Made by a program: the position numbers and the translations under genes. Positions 35,523-45,048 of a stretch of DNA of 46,928 nt are shown one piece after another. The stretch comes from Pseudomonadota bacterium (GTDB taxonomy: Bacteria; Pseudomonadota; Gammaproteobacteria; GRL18), in NCBI GenBank assembly GCA_015222495.1, contig JADFVK010000104.1, positions 1-46,928 on the forward strand. Reading direction: 5' to 3'. Every line of letters begins with the position of its first letter. Position 1 is the stretch's first letter. A model generated the notes under the pieces. That model ran no database searches, had not been told where the DNA came from, and saw nothing but the letters and a program-made list of their open reading frames with translations.

Positions 35523-36767
35523 ATGAGTTCAAATCATAGCGACAATCTATTTCTTAGTGTTACTGAAGTACAACAGCGTATTATTAATGATATTAAGGCC
35601 ATAGAAGGTATAGAACAAGTAGACTTACGCCATGCTCTGGGACGTATTTTAGCCAAAGATGTTGTCGCTGCATTTGATACACCACCCTGTGATAACTCAG
35701 GCATGGACGGCTATGCATTTCACAGTAATGAAATAGCTGACAATGAGACTTTAACACTTAAAGTGGTTGGACAGTCCTTTGCAGGTCATATTTATACTGG
35801 CAATATTACTGCAGGTGAAGCTATTCGCATCATGACCGGAGCACAGGTTCCAAATGGTGTAGATACCGTTGTTATGCAGGAACATACTGAAAAACCTGAT
35901 GAGAATACAGTATTTATTACCACTATCCCTAAACCTTATGCCAATGTACGCAAAGCAGGTGATGATCTCACCATTGGTCAGACATTCCTGGCTACAGGAA
36001 AAAAACTCTCTCCTACTGATCTCGCTTTTCTTGCTACTCAGGGCATTGCCGAAGTCGCTGTGAAACGTAAGTTGAGAGTGGCCTTTTTTTCCACTGGTGA
36101 TGAACTTCGTTCCATAGGTGAAACATTAGGTGAGGGTGATATTTATGACTCTAATCGCTATTCAATTTATGGTTTATTAACAAACATGGATATTGATATT
36201 ATTGATATGGGCGTCATAAAAGATGATAGACAGGCTATTGAAGATGCATTTAATACCGCAGCCAATGTAGCCGATGCAATCATTACTTCTGGTGGTGTTT
36301 CTGTGGGTGAAGCAGACTTTGTTAAAGAAACTCTGGAAAAACTAGGCCAGATAAATTTCTGGAAAATTGCCATGAAACCAGGAAAGCCTTTAGCTTTTGG
36401 TACAATCGGAGATAGTTTATTTTTTGGTCTACCCGGAAACCCAGTCTCTGTTATCGCTACATTTTATCAGTTCGTACAACCTGCTCTAAAACGTATGAAG
36501 GGTCAGGATATTGTTCTACCTATGATCATTAAAGCAAAAACAACTGAGCTATTAAAGAAAAGGCCTGGCCGTACTGATTTTCAAAGAGGTATTTTAGCAC
36601 AATCGGACAGCGGTGAGTTGACCGTAAGAAATGCAGGTGCTCAGGCATCACATGTATTGACCTCAATGAGTAATGCAAACTGTTTTATTGTTTTGCCTGC
36701 GGAGAGTGGCAGTGTTGAGCCTGGAGAAATGGTGGATGTGCAACCGTTTGAAGGACTAATAGGATAA
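35523..36767 (+). CDS. moeA: Molybdopterin molybdotransferase
   Basis: SGMDGYA, IMTGA, STGDEL, SGGVSVGEAD, KPGKP, GLPGNP. Confidence 0.97.
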   Translation: MSSNHSDNLFLSVTEVQQRIINDIKAIEGIEQVDLRHALGRILAKDVVAAFDTPPCDNSGMDGYAFHSNEIADNETLTLKVVGQSFAGHIYTGNITAGEAIRIMTGAQVPNGVDTVVMQEHTEKPDENTVFITTIPKPYANVRKAGDDLTIGQTFLATGKKLSPTDLAFLATQGIAEVAVKRKLRVAFFSTGDELRSIGETLGEGDIYDSNRYSIYGLLTNMDIDIIDMGVIKDDRQAIEDAFNTAANVADAIITSGGVSVGEADFVKETLEKLGQINFWKIAMKPGKPLAFGTIGDSLFFGLPGNPVSVIATFYQFVQPALKRMKGQDIVLPMIIKAKTTELLKKRPGRTDFQRGILAQSDSGELTVRNAGAQASHVLTSMSNANCFIVLPAESGSVEPGEMVDVQPFEGLIG

Positions 36768-36873
36768 TTCCTATCAGAAAGTTTTTATCTTGGGGGATGG
36801 CGTGAATACGTACAGTTACTCATCCCTCACTCACAAAATTTTTTTTGATATATTTTAAATCATTTATAAGGTC

Positions 36874-37572
36874 TTAGCTTAATTTTTTCTGTAGTTCGGC
36901 TTTATCAAACCACCAGTTGCCATCACCAATAATTGCACCAACAACCATGCCCATACGGGGTAAAAATACATCGGGATCTCTCAAATCCATTTTATCCATC
37001 CATACATCCAGGCCCACCTGTGTTTCTACCTTGCTATGACGTAGGGCTACTTTAGCCAGCATATTTGTCGTCAATACTTTTAAATCATCACGTGTTTTAC
37101 CCTCACTACGCTGATCTACAATAAAGTGCGCGGTAATGGCAGCCAGGGCAGCACCGTCAGCGTCATCAGTGGTTTCATTAATGATATAATTAAGCATATT
37201 AATACTATATTCAGGCTCTAATGGATAAGTGACTGATAACCAGACACCATGACCAAGAGCTGTAATAGAAGATGGGAGTTCTGTCTGGTAAAGCAAATCA
37301 CAGGCTTCAACTGCCAGTTGCCATTCTTCATGGGCAATACAGATATCAAAGGCCGCTTTGGCATGATTCCATACATCACTCATCTGAGTCATACCCAATT
37401 CAGCATTAGCTAAATCTAATAAGGCCTTGGCTCTTTCCATAGGAGCTACCACTGAGGGTAAGTTATCAAGTTTCTCAGTTAATTCAGTCACTTTTGCAGC
37501 AAGAAATTCACGTGATTCCTTGGCATCTGATGTTTCAATAAAATCTTGTTTTATAGTATTTTCTTCGCTCAT
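36874..37572 (-). CDS. Hypothetical helical (TPR-like) protein
   Basis: 232-aa ORF, GGAG RBS, alpha-helical pattern, WWFD near C-terminus. Confidence 0.8.
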   Translation of the reverse strand: MSEENTIKQDFIETSDAKESREFLAAKVTELTEKLDNLPSVVAPMERAKALLDLANAELGMTQMSDVWNHAKAAFDICIAHEEWQLAVEACDLLYQTELPSSITALGHGVWLSVTYPLEPEYSINMLNYIINETTDDADGAALAAITAHFIVDQRSEGKTRDDLKVLTTNMLAKVALRHSKVETQVGLDVWMDKMDLRDPDVFLPRMGMVVGAIIGDGNWWFDKAELQKKLS

Positions 37573-37605
37573 TCAAAGCTCCATTATGTAAATAAAATAT
37601 ATTAA

Positions 37606-38280
37606 TTAGTGTGCATCCTGAAATAAACTTTGCATTAATTCTAGACGTTTCCATGCTTCTGGAATATCGTGTTCTTCCTGTAATTTTTTATCTAATAAAT
37701 CAACAGCCTTTAAACAAAGTTCACCTTGCTGTTTCTTATCAAATAAATAAAAAGCCGCTTTTAATGCTTCCTCTGATTCAGTCAATAAACTAGGCACTAG
37801 ATCATTTTCTAAAATTGGGGATTTTGGTCTCAACAAATCAACTAGCAAAGGAATTTGCAAGAGTTGATAATGAGTGGTTCTTGCTAATTCTTCTTCTTTT
37901 AGGTTGGCCTCAGCTTCTGCATCACCACTGGCACTTTTCCAGATAGCACTCATAATAATGCCGACTAACTGGGTAATAGCTTGTTTTTCAATATCATTAT
38001 CCCCTGCCAGGCTACAGCATTGTTCATAGCTATGATCTAAGCGGGACTTAAGCTCCAGCATTTTTTCACTGCCTTCATTAGGCTTTAAACTAGCAACTTC
38101 TTCTACTAATTGTTGAAAATCAGCCCTAAAGTCAGTCTGTTCCTGTTCATCCATATAACGAGCACCTGACAAACTCTGCTCATCAAAGTCCTGCTGCTGC
38201 AATGAAAACAATGGATTTTTATATTGACGCTGTAGATGACGTTCTCTAATACCGGGATGTGCGGAAAAAATGTGAGGCAT
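37606..38280 (-). CDS. Hypothetical helical protein
   Basis: 224-aa ORF, PGIRERHLQRQYKNPLF N-terminal motif; operon-like spacing. Confidence 0.8.
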   Translation of the reverse strand: MPHIFSAHPGIRERHLQRQYKNPLFSLQQQDFDEQSLSGARYMDEQEQTDFRADFQQLVEEVASLKPNEGSEKMLELKSRLDHSYEQCCSLAGDNDIEKQAITQLVGIIMSAIWKSASGDAEAEANLKEEELARTTHYQLLQIPLLVDLLRPKSPILENDLVPSLLTESEEALKAAFYLFDKKQQGELCLKAVDLLDKKLQEEHDIPEAWKRLELMQSLFQDAH

Positions 38281-38304
38281 AATTTAATACTTTAGTGACT
38301 AATT

Positions 38305-38706
38305 TTAGTGTATATTGATATTTTTTTGAAAATGAAGTTTTTGACCTTCGGCTTTCACTTCATCAAAAATAAATTCAATTCCGATTCTATGATTTTCATG
38401 GTTTTCAGACTTTTTTATTTTTGCCTTGGCTTGTTTCAGATCAGGCATTCTATCTACCAGATAAGTAAACAAAATAATGGCCATTTGATCATTGTTTTGT
38501 AATAAAGCATTGACACAATTTAGGGCAACAAATTGTGTTTTTTGTTGTAAATCAGCGTATTCGATGGACTGATCAACTAGAACAATGCCTTTGGACATTT
38601 CTTTATCCATTTTATCCAGATATTCTCTCTGTTGTCGCGGCAAGCTTTGTGAACGATCATAGCTAAGCATCTCTTCACCATCTATTAAAAAACCAACTTT
38701 GTTCAA
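38305..38706 (-). CDS. Hypothetical protein
   Basis: 133-aa ORF, TTG start after AAGGAA; YDR..LP..QREYLDKMD motif. Confidence 0.75.
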   Translation of the reverse strand: MNKVGFLIDGEEMLSYDRSQSLPRQQREYLDKMDKEMSKGIVLVDQSIEYADLQQKTQFVALNCVNALLQNNDQMAIILFTYLVDRMPDLKQAKAKIKKSENHENHRIGIEFIFDEVKAEGQKLHFQKNINIH

Positions 38707-38824
38707 AATTTTGTTCCTTAAACCTGTATATTAAATATAAGGTTAAAATATAGTATTAGAAATAATATTACTTTGGTGTTAGAATAATACTTTAGTAATT
38801 TACTAGGTTATAGGCTAATTTGCA

Positions 38825-39223
38825 ATGCATACAGAAATAAATGATGAAAATAATATAAAACTAACTCAGGCAGTCATGCATACATTGGATGAATGGAAAC
38901 TCGATGGGGAGCAAATTTTATCAATTATGTCCTTACCCGAGAATGTTAAGGTACGCCATCTATCAAAATTTCGTCGTACCGATGCATTCCCTGATACACC
39001 TGAAGTTACAGAACGTTTTCGTCATGTTATCGGTATTATAGATGCTTTAGCAACAAGTTACCCAACTAATCCGAGAATGTCTATATTCTGGATGGCACGA
39101 AAGAGTAAAAAGTTTAAAAACCGCACCCCTATTCAGGTGATTGTTGAAGATAAGCTTGAGGGCTTAGTGACTATCCGCAAACACTTAGATTGTAGCTATG
39201 ACTGGTTTGGTGATAGTAATTAA
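38825..39223 (+). CDS. Xre/MbcA/ParS antitoxin C-terminal-like (DUF2384-like) protein
   Basis: W-x5-F-x-x-RTP-x6-GL-like C-terminal segment (FWMARKSKKFKNRTP...EGLVTIRKHLD). Confidence 0.65.
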   Translation: MHTEINDENNIKLTQAVMHTLDEWKLDGEQILSIMSLPENVKVRHLSKFRRTDAFPDTPEVTERFRHVIGIIDALATSYPTNPRMSIFWMARKSKKFKNRTPIQVIVEDKLEGLVTIRKHLDCSYDWFGDSN

Positions 39224-39225
39224 AC

Positions 39226-39396
39226 TTATGCTTGCTGTAAGGAGCGAGCTTCAGACTCCAACATCACCGGTATATCATCCCGGATAGGGAAAGCGAGTTT
39301 ATCTTTTTCACAAATTAGCTCATTATTTTCTTTATCATAATTCAGCTCCCCCTTACATATCGGGCAGGCTAGAATATCCAGTAGTTTATTGTCCAT
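39226..39396 (-). CDS. ycaR: Trm112-family protein (YcaR), 56 aa
   Basis: Hand translation [56 protein letters not shown]; overlaps lpxK stop; below ORF-track cutoff. Confidence 0.95.
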   Translation of the reverse strand: MDNKLLDILACPICKGELNYDKENNELICEKDKLAFPIRDDIPVMLESEARSLQQA

Positions 39397-40450
39397 TATC
39401 ATTTCTCTTATTTGCTTCTAAAATATTCAATTTATTAATAATTGAATCAATTAATCCATCATCAAGCCTTGCCTGAATCGGCAAAAACCAGTATTCATTC
39501 TTATTCTCGTTTAATGCCAGAGACTGGCACTTCACTGCATCTTTTTCAGTCATTATAATGGGGTATGATTCAGTGAAAATCAAATCATCTGCCTGATATT
39601 GGTAATGATCAGCAAATGGATGTTCTATTATAGTCAGACCATAGTTTTTCAGCAATCTAAAAAAATTATCCGGCTCCCCTATTCCTGCAACTGCATGTAC
39701 AGTTTTACCATGGAAGTTTTCCAGTTTAATCGTATCACTCTGACTAGCAAAGATAGGCACCAATGTATTTAAAGAATAATCCATAAAAAATTCATATTCA
39801 TTATCAAAATCAGCCTTATTAAAGCTTTTAAACTGGGATATATTAAATACATGATAGTCTACAGAACTTAAACGCTGACGACCTTCTCTAAGAGGTCCTG
39901 CAGGCAGGCAAAGACCATTACCATATAAACGTCTTGCATCACTAATATTAATTTCAATATCACGCTGCATAGCATAATGCTGTAGACCATCATCACTAAC
40001 AATAATATCACAGTCGGTTGTCTGTTCTAGTTTTTTCACAGCACGTGTTCTTATCGGGTCAATAAACACGGGACAATCAGTATTTTGAAAAATTAGCAGT
40101 GGTTCATCGGAAAATAACTGATGATTTTGTTGTAAACTCACTTGTCTAGGGAAAGGCATATTCAAAGAATCATCATTAACCGCACCATATCCACGACTAA
40201 CAATACCCGGCTTATACCCTGCTGACTTTAACTGATTAACCAACCAGATAACAAAAGGGGTTTTACCATTACCACCAATATAAATATTACCTACAACAAT
40301 AATTGGTATAGAAGCTTTATATGAGCGGAGTAATCCAAAATGATACATCCAACGTCGAATATAAATCAGAAAGCAAACAATTAAACTCAGAGGTGATAGT
40401 AAAATACTGACAATATTAATAGTTTGCCAATAGTGCGTTATAGGCTGCAT
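39386..40450 (-). CDS. lpxK: Tetraacyldisaccharide 4'-kinase
   Basis: [41 protein letters not shown]. Confidence 0.98.
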   Translation of the reverse strand: MQPITHYWQTINIVSILLSPLSLIVCFLIYIRRWMYHFGLLRSYKASIPIIVVGNIYIGGNGKTPFVIWLVNQLKSAGYKPGIVSRGYGAVNDDSLNMPFPRQVSLQQNHQLFSDEPLLIFQNTDCPVFIDPIRTRAVKKLEQTTDCDIIVSDDGLQHYAMQRDIEINISDARRLYGNGLCLPAGPLREGRQRLSSVDYHVFNISQFKSFNKADFDNEYEFFMDYSLNTLVPIFASQSDTIKLENFHGKTVHAVAGIGEPDNFFRLLKNYGLTIIEHPFADHYQYQADDLIFTESYPIIMTEKDAVKCQSLALNENKNEYWFLPIQARLDDGLIDSIINKLNILEANKRNDNGQ

Positions 40451-40465
40451 AACAATATCAAGAAC

Positions 40466-40879
40466 TTATTCGGATTTAACTGCAGAAAAAGTGATATGAA
40501 TCAAGCCTACCTGACGGGCTGCATCCATTGCTGTCATTACAGCCTGATGAGTACTTTGTTTGTCGGCAGAAATAATAACTCGAAAGTTTTCATCTCCCCC
40601 TGACTCTTCACGTAAATTACGAATCAGAGTATCAATTTTTGAATTCACCAATACCTGACCATTAATCACATATTGGCCATCCTGTTTAATAAATATTTCA
40701 ATTTCTTTTTTTTCTGTTTCTGTAATTTCACCATTGGCTTCAGGCAGCTCAATATTTAATTCAGATTGTCTATCAAAAGTGGTGGAGACCATGAAAAAAA
40801 TCAATAATAAAAAGACCACATCCACTAATGGGGTGATATTAACATCCAGTTCTTCGGGTTTTTTATGTCTGAAGTTCAT
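40466..40879 (-). CDS. exbD: ExbD/TolR-family biopolymer transport protein
   Basis: NITPLVDVVFLLLIFFMV; likely start ATG 40879. Confidence 0.93.
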   Translation of the reverse strand: MNFRHKKPEELDVNITPLVDVVFLLLIFFMVSTTFDRQSELNIELPEANGEITETEKKEIEIFIKQDGQYVINGQVLVNSKIDTLIRNLREESGGDENFRVIISADKQSTHQAVMTAMDAARQVGLIHITFSAVKSE

Positions 40880-40880
40880 A

Positions 40881-41501
40881 TTAATGGCTCTGCTGTGTGC
40901 GATCACCATGTATCACTTCAACAAGATAAATAGCCTGGGCTTCCATTTTTAATAATAATTCATCAACACGACCACGTAAATAACGATAAAACATCACTGA
41001 AGGTATGGCAATAGAGAGACCTGCTGCTGTGGTAATCAAAGCTTCTGATATACCGTCGGCAAGAATTTTTGGATCACCTACACCTAAACTGGTTATCACC
41101 GCAAAAACTTTAATCATGCCAATAACCGTACCTAACAAGCCTAATAGTGGCGTAATCGAAGCAATAGTACCCAAAGTATTCAAGTAACGCTCTAAATCCA
41201 GTGCCACCTGACGCCCTTCTTCTTCTATACTCTCCTTCATTATGTCACGGGGGCCATTTCTATTTCTTAAACCGACCGCCAGAATACGTCCCAGAGGGGA
41301 ATTAGCATAAAGCTTTTCAATTGCTTCATCATTGATACGGTTTTGTTCATATAGGGTTATAATCTGTTCCACTAATTGCGGTGGTGTAATTCTTTTTTCC
41401 TGCAATGTCCAAATTCGTTCCACAACTAAAGTTAAAGCCAAAACTGAACATAAAATAATGGGGAACATCACCCACCCACCAGCAACAATTAATTCAAACA
41501 C
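40881..41501 (-). CDS. exbB: MotA/TolQ/ExbB proton channel protein
   Basis: TPLLGLLGTVIGMI, GISEALITTAAGL. Confidence 0.93.
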   Translation of the reverse strand: MFELIVAGGWVMFPIILCSVLALTLVVERIWTLQEKRITPPQLVEQIITLYEQNRINDEAIEKLYANSPLGRILAVGLRNRNGPRDIMKESIEEEGRQVALDLERYLNTLGTIASITPLLGLLGTVIGMIKVFAVITSLGVGDPKILADGISEALITTAAGLSIAIPSVMFYRYLRGRVDELLLKMEAQAIYLVEVIHGDRTQQSH

Positions 41502-41602
41502 ATTGATTCCTTAAATAAAAAACGAACTGCTTTTTAGCTATTAAATACTAAAAATGCGGTATTATAAGATTTTAATATTAATATAAACACACTTATTTAA
41601 AG

Positions 41603-41851
41603 TTAATTTTGTATAAGTTTTTTCACTGCTTTTAAGCCTTTTTTACGTTTAGCATCAATAATAGCAATTTTTCTTTTTACCATTTTACGCTCATTTTTCC
41701 CCAAGTTTTGACTACATTTTACAATTAAGTTCATTTTTTCCTGTTTAAGCTCTTTGATAAGTGTTTTTAATTTACTAATATTTTTTTTACGCTTCTTTTT
41801 TTTCATATCAAAAAAATTATTTAATTGTTCTAAAAGACTTTTATTACTCAT
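41603..41851 (-). CDS. Small Lys-rich hypothetical protein
   Basis: 82-aa ORF, AGGA RBS; basic helical pattern; low complexity lowers confidence. Confidence 0.55.
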   Translation of the reverse strand: MSNKSLLEQLNNFFDMKKKKRKKNISKLKTLIKELKQEKMNLIVKCSQNLGKNERKMVKRKIAIIDAKRKKGLKAVKKLIQN

Positions 41852-41990
41852 TGGGGTTATTCCTATTCTAATAATTAGCTTATTGAAGTTAATTTACACT
41901 TCTATATTCATTAGGTCAATTGAAAATAATTTTATCGTTATAACTTCAAAAAGTAGCTGATATCCTGTTCATATTAAGCTATATTATTCT

Positions 41991-42157
41991 CTAGGGGCCT
42001 GTCCGAGAATAGAAGTCGTAGCGAGGAAAAGCTGTTTTGAGTCAGATTTTTCTATCATTTGAAGCCAATAGTTGTTCTATTAAATGAAAATGACAGGGAA
42101 ATCTGGCCAAAATCAGCTTTTCTGCAGTAGGCTTTCCATTCTCGGACAGGCTCCTAG
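41991..42157. mobile_element. IS5-family-like MITE (about 160 bp)
   Basis: Ends ctaggggcctgtccgagaat (41991-42010) and attctcggacaggctcctag (42138-42157) match 19/20 as inverted repeats; CTAG at both ends; interior folds as a long hairpin; no transposase. Confidence 0.8.
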
Positions 42158-42192
42158 GTAACTTAACAATTAAATCAACACGGGACAGTAAC

Positions 42193-43338
42193 ATGTACGG
42201 TTCAAATAGTTCAATCTCCAGTTTGCTCGGTGCTTACCATATGGCCGAAATGTCAATGCGCTATAGCAACTTTATACCGCGTGCTTATAATCTGGCAAAA
42301 TCTTTGGGATTTCAACCCGGCAGAATTATGCCTTCCAGGGCATTCTGTTCTGATGAAAGCCAGGGCTACCCCATTATATTAATAGCCAAACATTTTAGTA
42401 CTTTTCCATTTAACCATGGTCTTGTAGGTGGTATTGTTGCCACAGACAGGCATGCACCTCATGCTCACCATGGCAAAGATTTAGTTATCATTCAAGCCAG
42501 CCATGTGGGTTACGACCCTGTCAATGAACAGTTTGGTGTCTATCGTAGATTACAAACTCATGATGCTTGTGAAACATCTAACTGCGGAAAAATATCCGCA
42601 GCCCTTGAGTGGTATCTACACGAGTATGAATTTGCCAGTCAGAATATATTTCTGACTAAAATTGATAATAAAATCAAGGTAAGCATTGATAATTACTTGC
42701 TACACTCTGAACGAGATGAAGGTTTAATATTAAATCTGGAAAAAATAGTGCAAGTAAATGAACAGGGAAAATCAATACCTGAACTATCTAAAAGTACTAC
42801 AAAAATTTTTTCTGCGGCACCTGCTTTAGTTGCTCATTTTGATACGAGTCAATTAAAAGATGGTCAAAGTATTGCTATTGGTAAGCAATTACACCCAGAG
42901 CTTTTTTATTTTAAAAGAACTATCAGTAATCATCATGAAGGTCGTGATCATTTAGAAATGAATCTAATTAATGTAATGCCCTATATCGTCACATCTCAAT
43001 GGCCTGCTTTAACTGCAGCTCAGGCCAATACACAGGTTGAATTTGACCGGACATTTAGAACGATTATTCAGGAACCTACCTATAAAGATAAAAATATCTT
43101 ATTTATTTCTGGTTTAAATGTCGATATTTCACCACGGGAAGGACAGGTTTTTCCATTAACAAAATTCATACCCTGGGCTGCCTATGTACAGGATAAAAAT
43201 GGTCATCAACAAACCTGGGAACAGGAAGAAATTTATAGCAAACTTGTTGAACAATCCATAGAAAATCCAGATCAGGTAGATTTAGAAACAGCCATTGGAA
43301 TCATGGAAAGTGAAAAAGAAATTCAACTGCCTTTTTAA
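42193..43338 (+). CDS. Hypothetical protein, putative LCIB/theta-type carbonic anhydrase-like
   Basis: C52-S-D-E, SH104VG, C131G motif order matches the Cys-His-Cys zinc site of the LCIB family; CDS itself is clear, function inferred. Confidence 0.6.
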   Translation: MYGSNSSISSLLGAYHMAEMSMRYSNFIPRAYNLAKSLGFQPGRIMPSRAFCSDESQGYPIILIAKHFSTFPFNHGLVGGIVATDRHAPHAHHGKDLVIIQASHVGYDPVNEQFGVYRRLQTHDACETSNCGKISAALEWYLHEYEFASQNIFLTKIDNKIKVSIDNYLLHSERDEGLILNLEKIVQVNEQGKSIPELSKSTTKIFSAAPALVAHFDTSQLKDGQSIAIGKQLHPELFYFKRTISNHHEGRDHLEMNLINVMPYIVTSQWPALTAAQANTQVEFDRTFRTIIQEPTYKDKNILFISGLNVDISPREGQVFPLTKFIPWAAYVQDKNGHQQTWEQEEIYSKLVEQSIENPDQVDLETAIGIMESEKEIQLPF

Positions 43339-43527
43339 CTTCAATATAGTAAATAGTATACCTGATATTACTTACAATGTTCCGCCATACTAGGCACTAA
43401 TGTAGGGTGGGCGGAGCTTTATGGGTAATCAAGATAGTATATGTTAATCGTTTAAAATAATTATTTTTTAGATGGTTGATTAGTTATCTAGCTATCTAGT
43501 ATTTAATTAATTCAATATTTCTGATAT

Positions 43528-44913
43528 TTAATTGATACGATTCCAGGCATCCAAAGCTGCTATCTTATAAGCTTCTGCCAATGTCGGATAATTAAAAATA
43601 TTTTCCAGAAAATAATTTAAACCTCCATTCAATACCAGTGCTGCCTGACCGATATGAACTAATTCAGTGGCTCCTTCACCGATTATATGAACACCAAGCA
43701 GTTGCTGTGTATCCAAAGAAAAAATTAATTTAAGCATGCCATGCTCCAGCCCCATGATTTGACCTCTTGCTGTTTCCCGTAAACGAGCAATACCGATTTC
43801 ATAGGGAATTTTATCTCTGGTTAACTGCTCTTCTGTCATACCAACCATACTCATTTCCGGTACTGAATAAATACCAAAAGGAAAGTTTTCCATTTTATTT
43901 GCTATAGTTTTACCAAAAGCATGGCATGCTACCTGACGACCCTGCTCCATAGCTGTTGAAGCAAGGCTAGGGAAGCCTATGACATCACCAGCCGCATAAA
44001 TATGTGGCTGTGATGATTGATAATTATCATTCACTTCAATTAATTGGCGTTTATTAACATCTACAGAAGCATTTTCAAGAGCCAGAGTAGCGGTATTACC
44101 GGATCGGCCAGCGGCGACAAGTACCGTTTCAGTCGTTAATTGTTTGCCGCTTTGCAGACGGGTTAGGATACTGCCATCAGACTGTTTTTCAATGCTCGCT
44201 ACCTGTTCACCCATGCGAATGGTCATACCATGATCACGTAGTTGATGAATCAAATGATCGGTCAGTTCCTTATCCATAAATCCCAATAATTGGTCACGTC
44301 CATCAATCAGATTAACCTGAACATCCATCGCACTGAAAATAGAAGCATACTCAACACCAATTACACCTGCGCCAATCACAGTTATTGAGCGTGGTAAATG
44401 ATTTAAATCCAGTAATGAATCACTATCAATAATCTGTTTGTCATCAAAGGGATAGTCTGCTGGCCTGTGAGGATGGGTACCTGTGGCAATGAGAAAATAA
44501 TCAGCACTTAGATGAATTTGTTTGCCCTTTGGGTCAGTCACTTGTATTTTTTTGTCATCTTCAAATGACGCCAGTCCATCAAATACTTTGACATTATTAC
44601 GGTGTAATTGATGCAGAATAACTTCTGCTTCACGCTGCAGTGTTGTGTGCAGACGCTGTGTCAGATCATTCATGGTTAAATCATCTTTTAAGCGATAACT
44701 TTGACCATAAAAGCCACGCTGGTTATAACCGCTTAAATATAAAACAATTTCACGTAATGTTTTACTTGGTATAGTACCGGTATGAAGACAAATACCACCA
44801 ATATCTTTTTTCTTATCAACTATGGCGACTTTTTTACCAAGTTTTGCTGCCTGTATGGCTGCTTTCTGACCAGCAGGTCCTGAGCCACAAACAATAAAAT
44901 CAAAATGCTGCAT
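43528..44913 (-). CDS. sthA: Soluble pyridine nucleotide transhydrogenase
   Basis: GSGPAG, GGICLHTGTIPSK (single Cys), GAGVIGVEYA, FNYPTLAEAYK. Confidence 0.95.
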   Translation of the reverse strand: MQHFDFIVCGSGPAGQKAAIQAAKLGKKVAIVDKKKDIGGICLHTGTIPSKTLREIVLYLSGYNQRGFYGQSYRLKDDLTMNDLTQRLHTTLQREAEVILHQLHRNNVKVFDGLASFEDDKKIQVTDPKGKQIHLSADYFLIATGTHPHRPADYPFDDKQIIDSDSLLDLNHLPRSITVIGAGVIGVEYASIFSAMDVQVNLIDGRDQLLGFMDKELTDHLIHQLRDHGMTIRMGEQVASIEKQSDGSILTRLQSGKQLTTETVLVAAGRSGNTATLALENASVDVNKRQLIEVNDNYQSSQPHIYAAGDVIGFPSLASTAMEQGRQVACHAFGKTIANKMENFPFGIYSVPEMSMVGMTEEQLTRDKIPYEIGIARLRETARGQIMGLEHGMLKLIFSLDTQQLLGVHIIGEGATELVHIGQAALVLNGGLNYFLENIFNYPTLAEAYKIAALDAWNRIN

Positions 44914-45048
44914 TAACTTACTCCCTCTTTGATAAAATATTTTGTTGGTTTGAAAACAAGTCTACTCAAAGCACCCAAATGACAGAACAACATCATTCCC
45001 ATTTGAACACTTCACAGAAAATCTAGTTTAGCGTTTATTAAGTCTACT

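Noticed and set aside
43381-43417. Intact REP element
   Set aside because: Only a GTAGGGTGGGC half remains; the tccgcc/ggcgga stem is weak. Kept only as context for the 907-978 hairpin.
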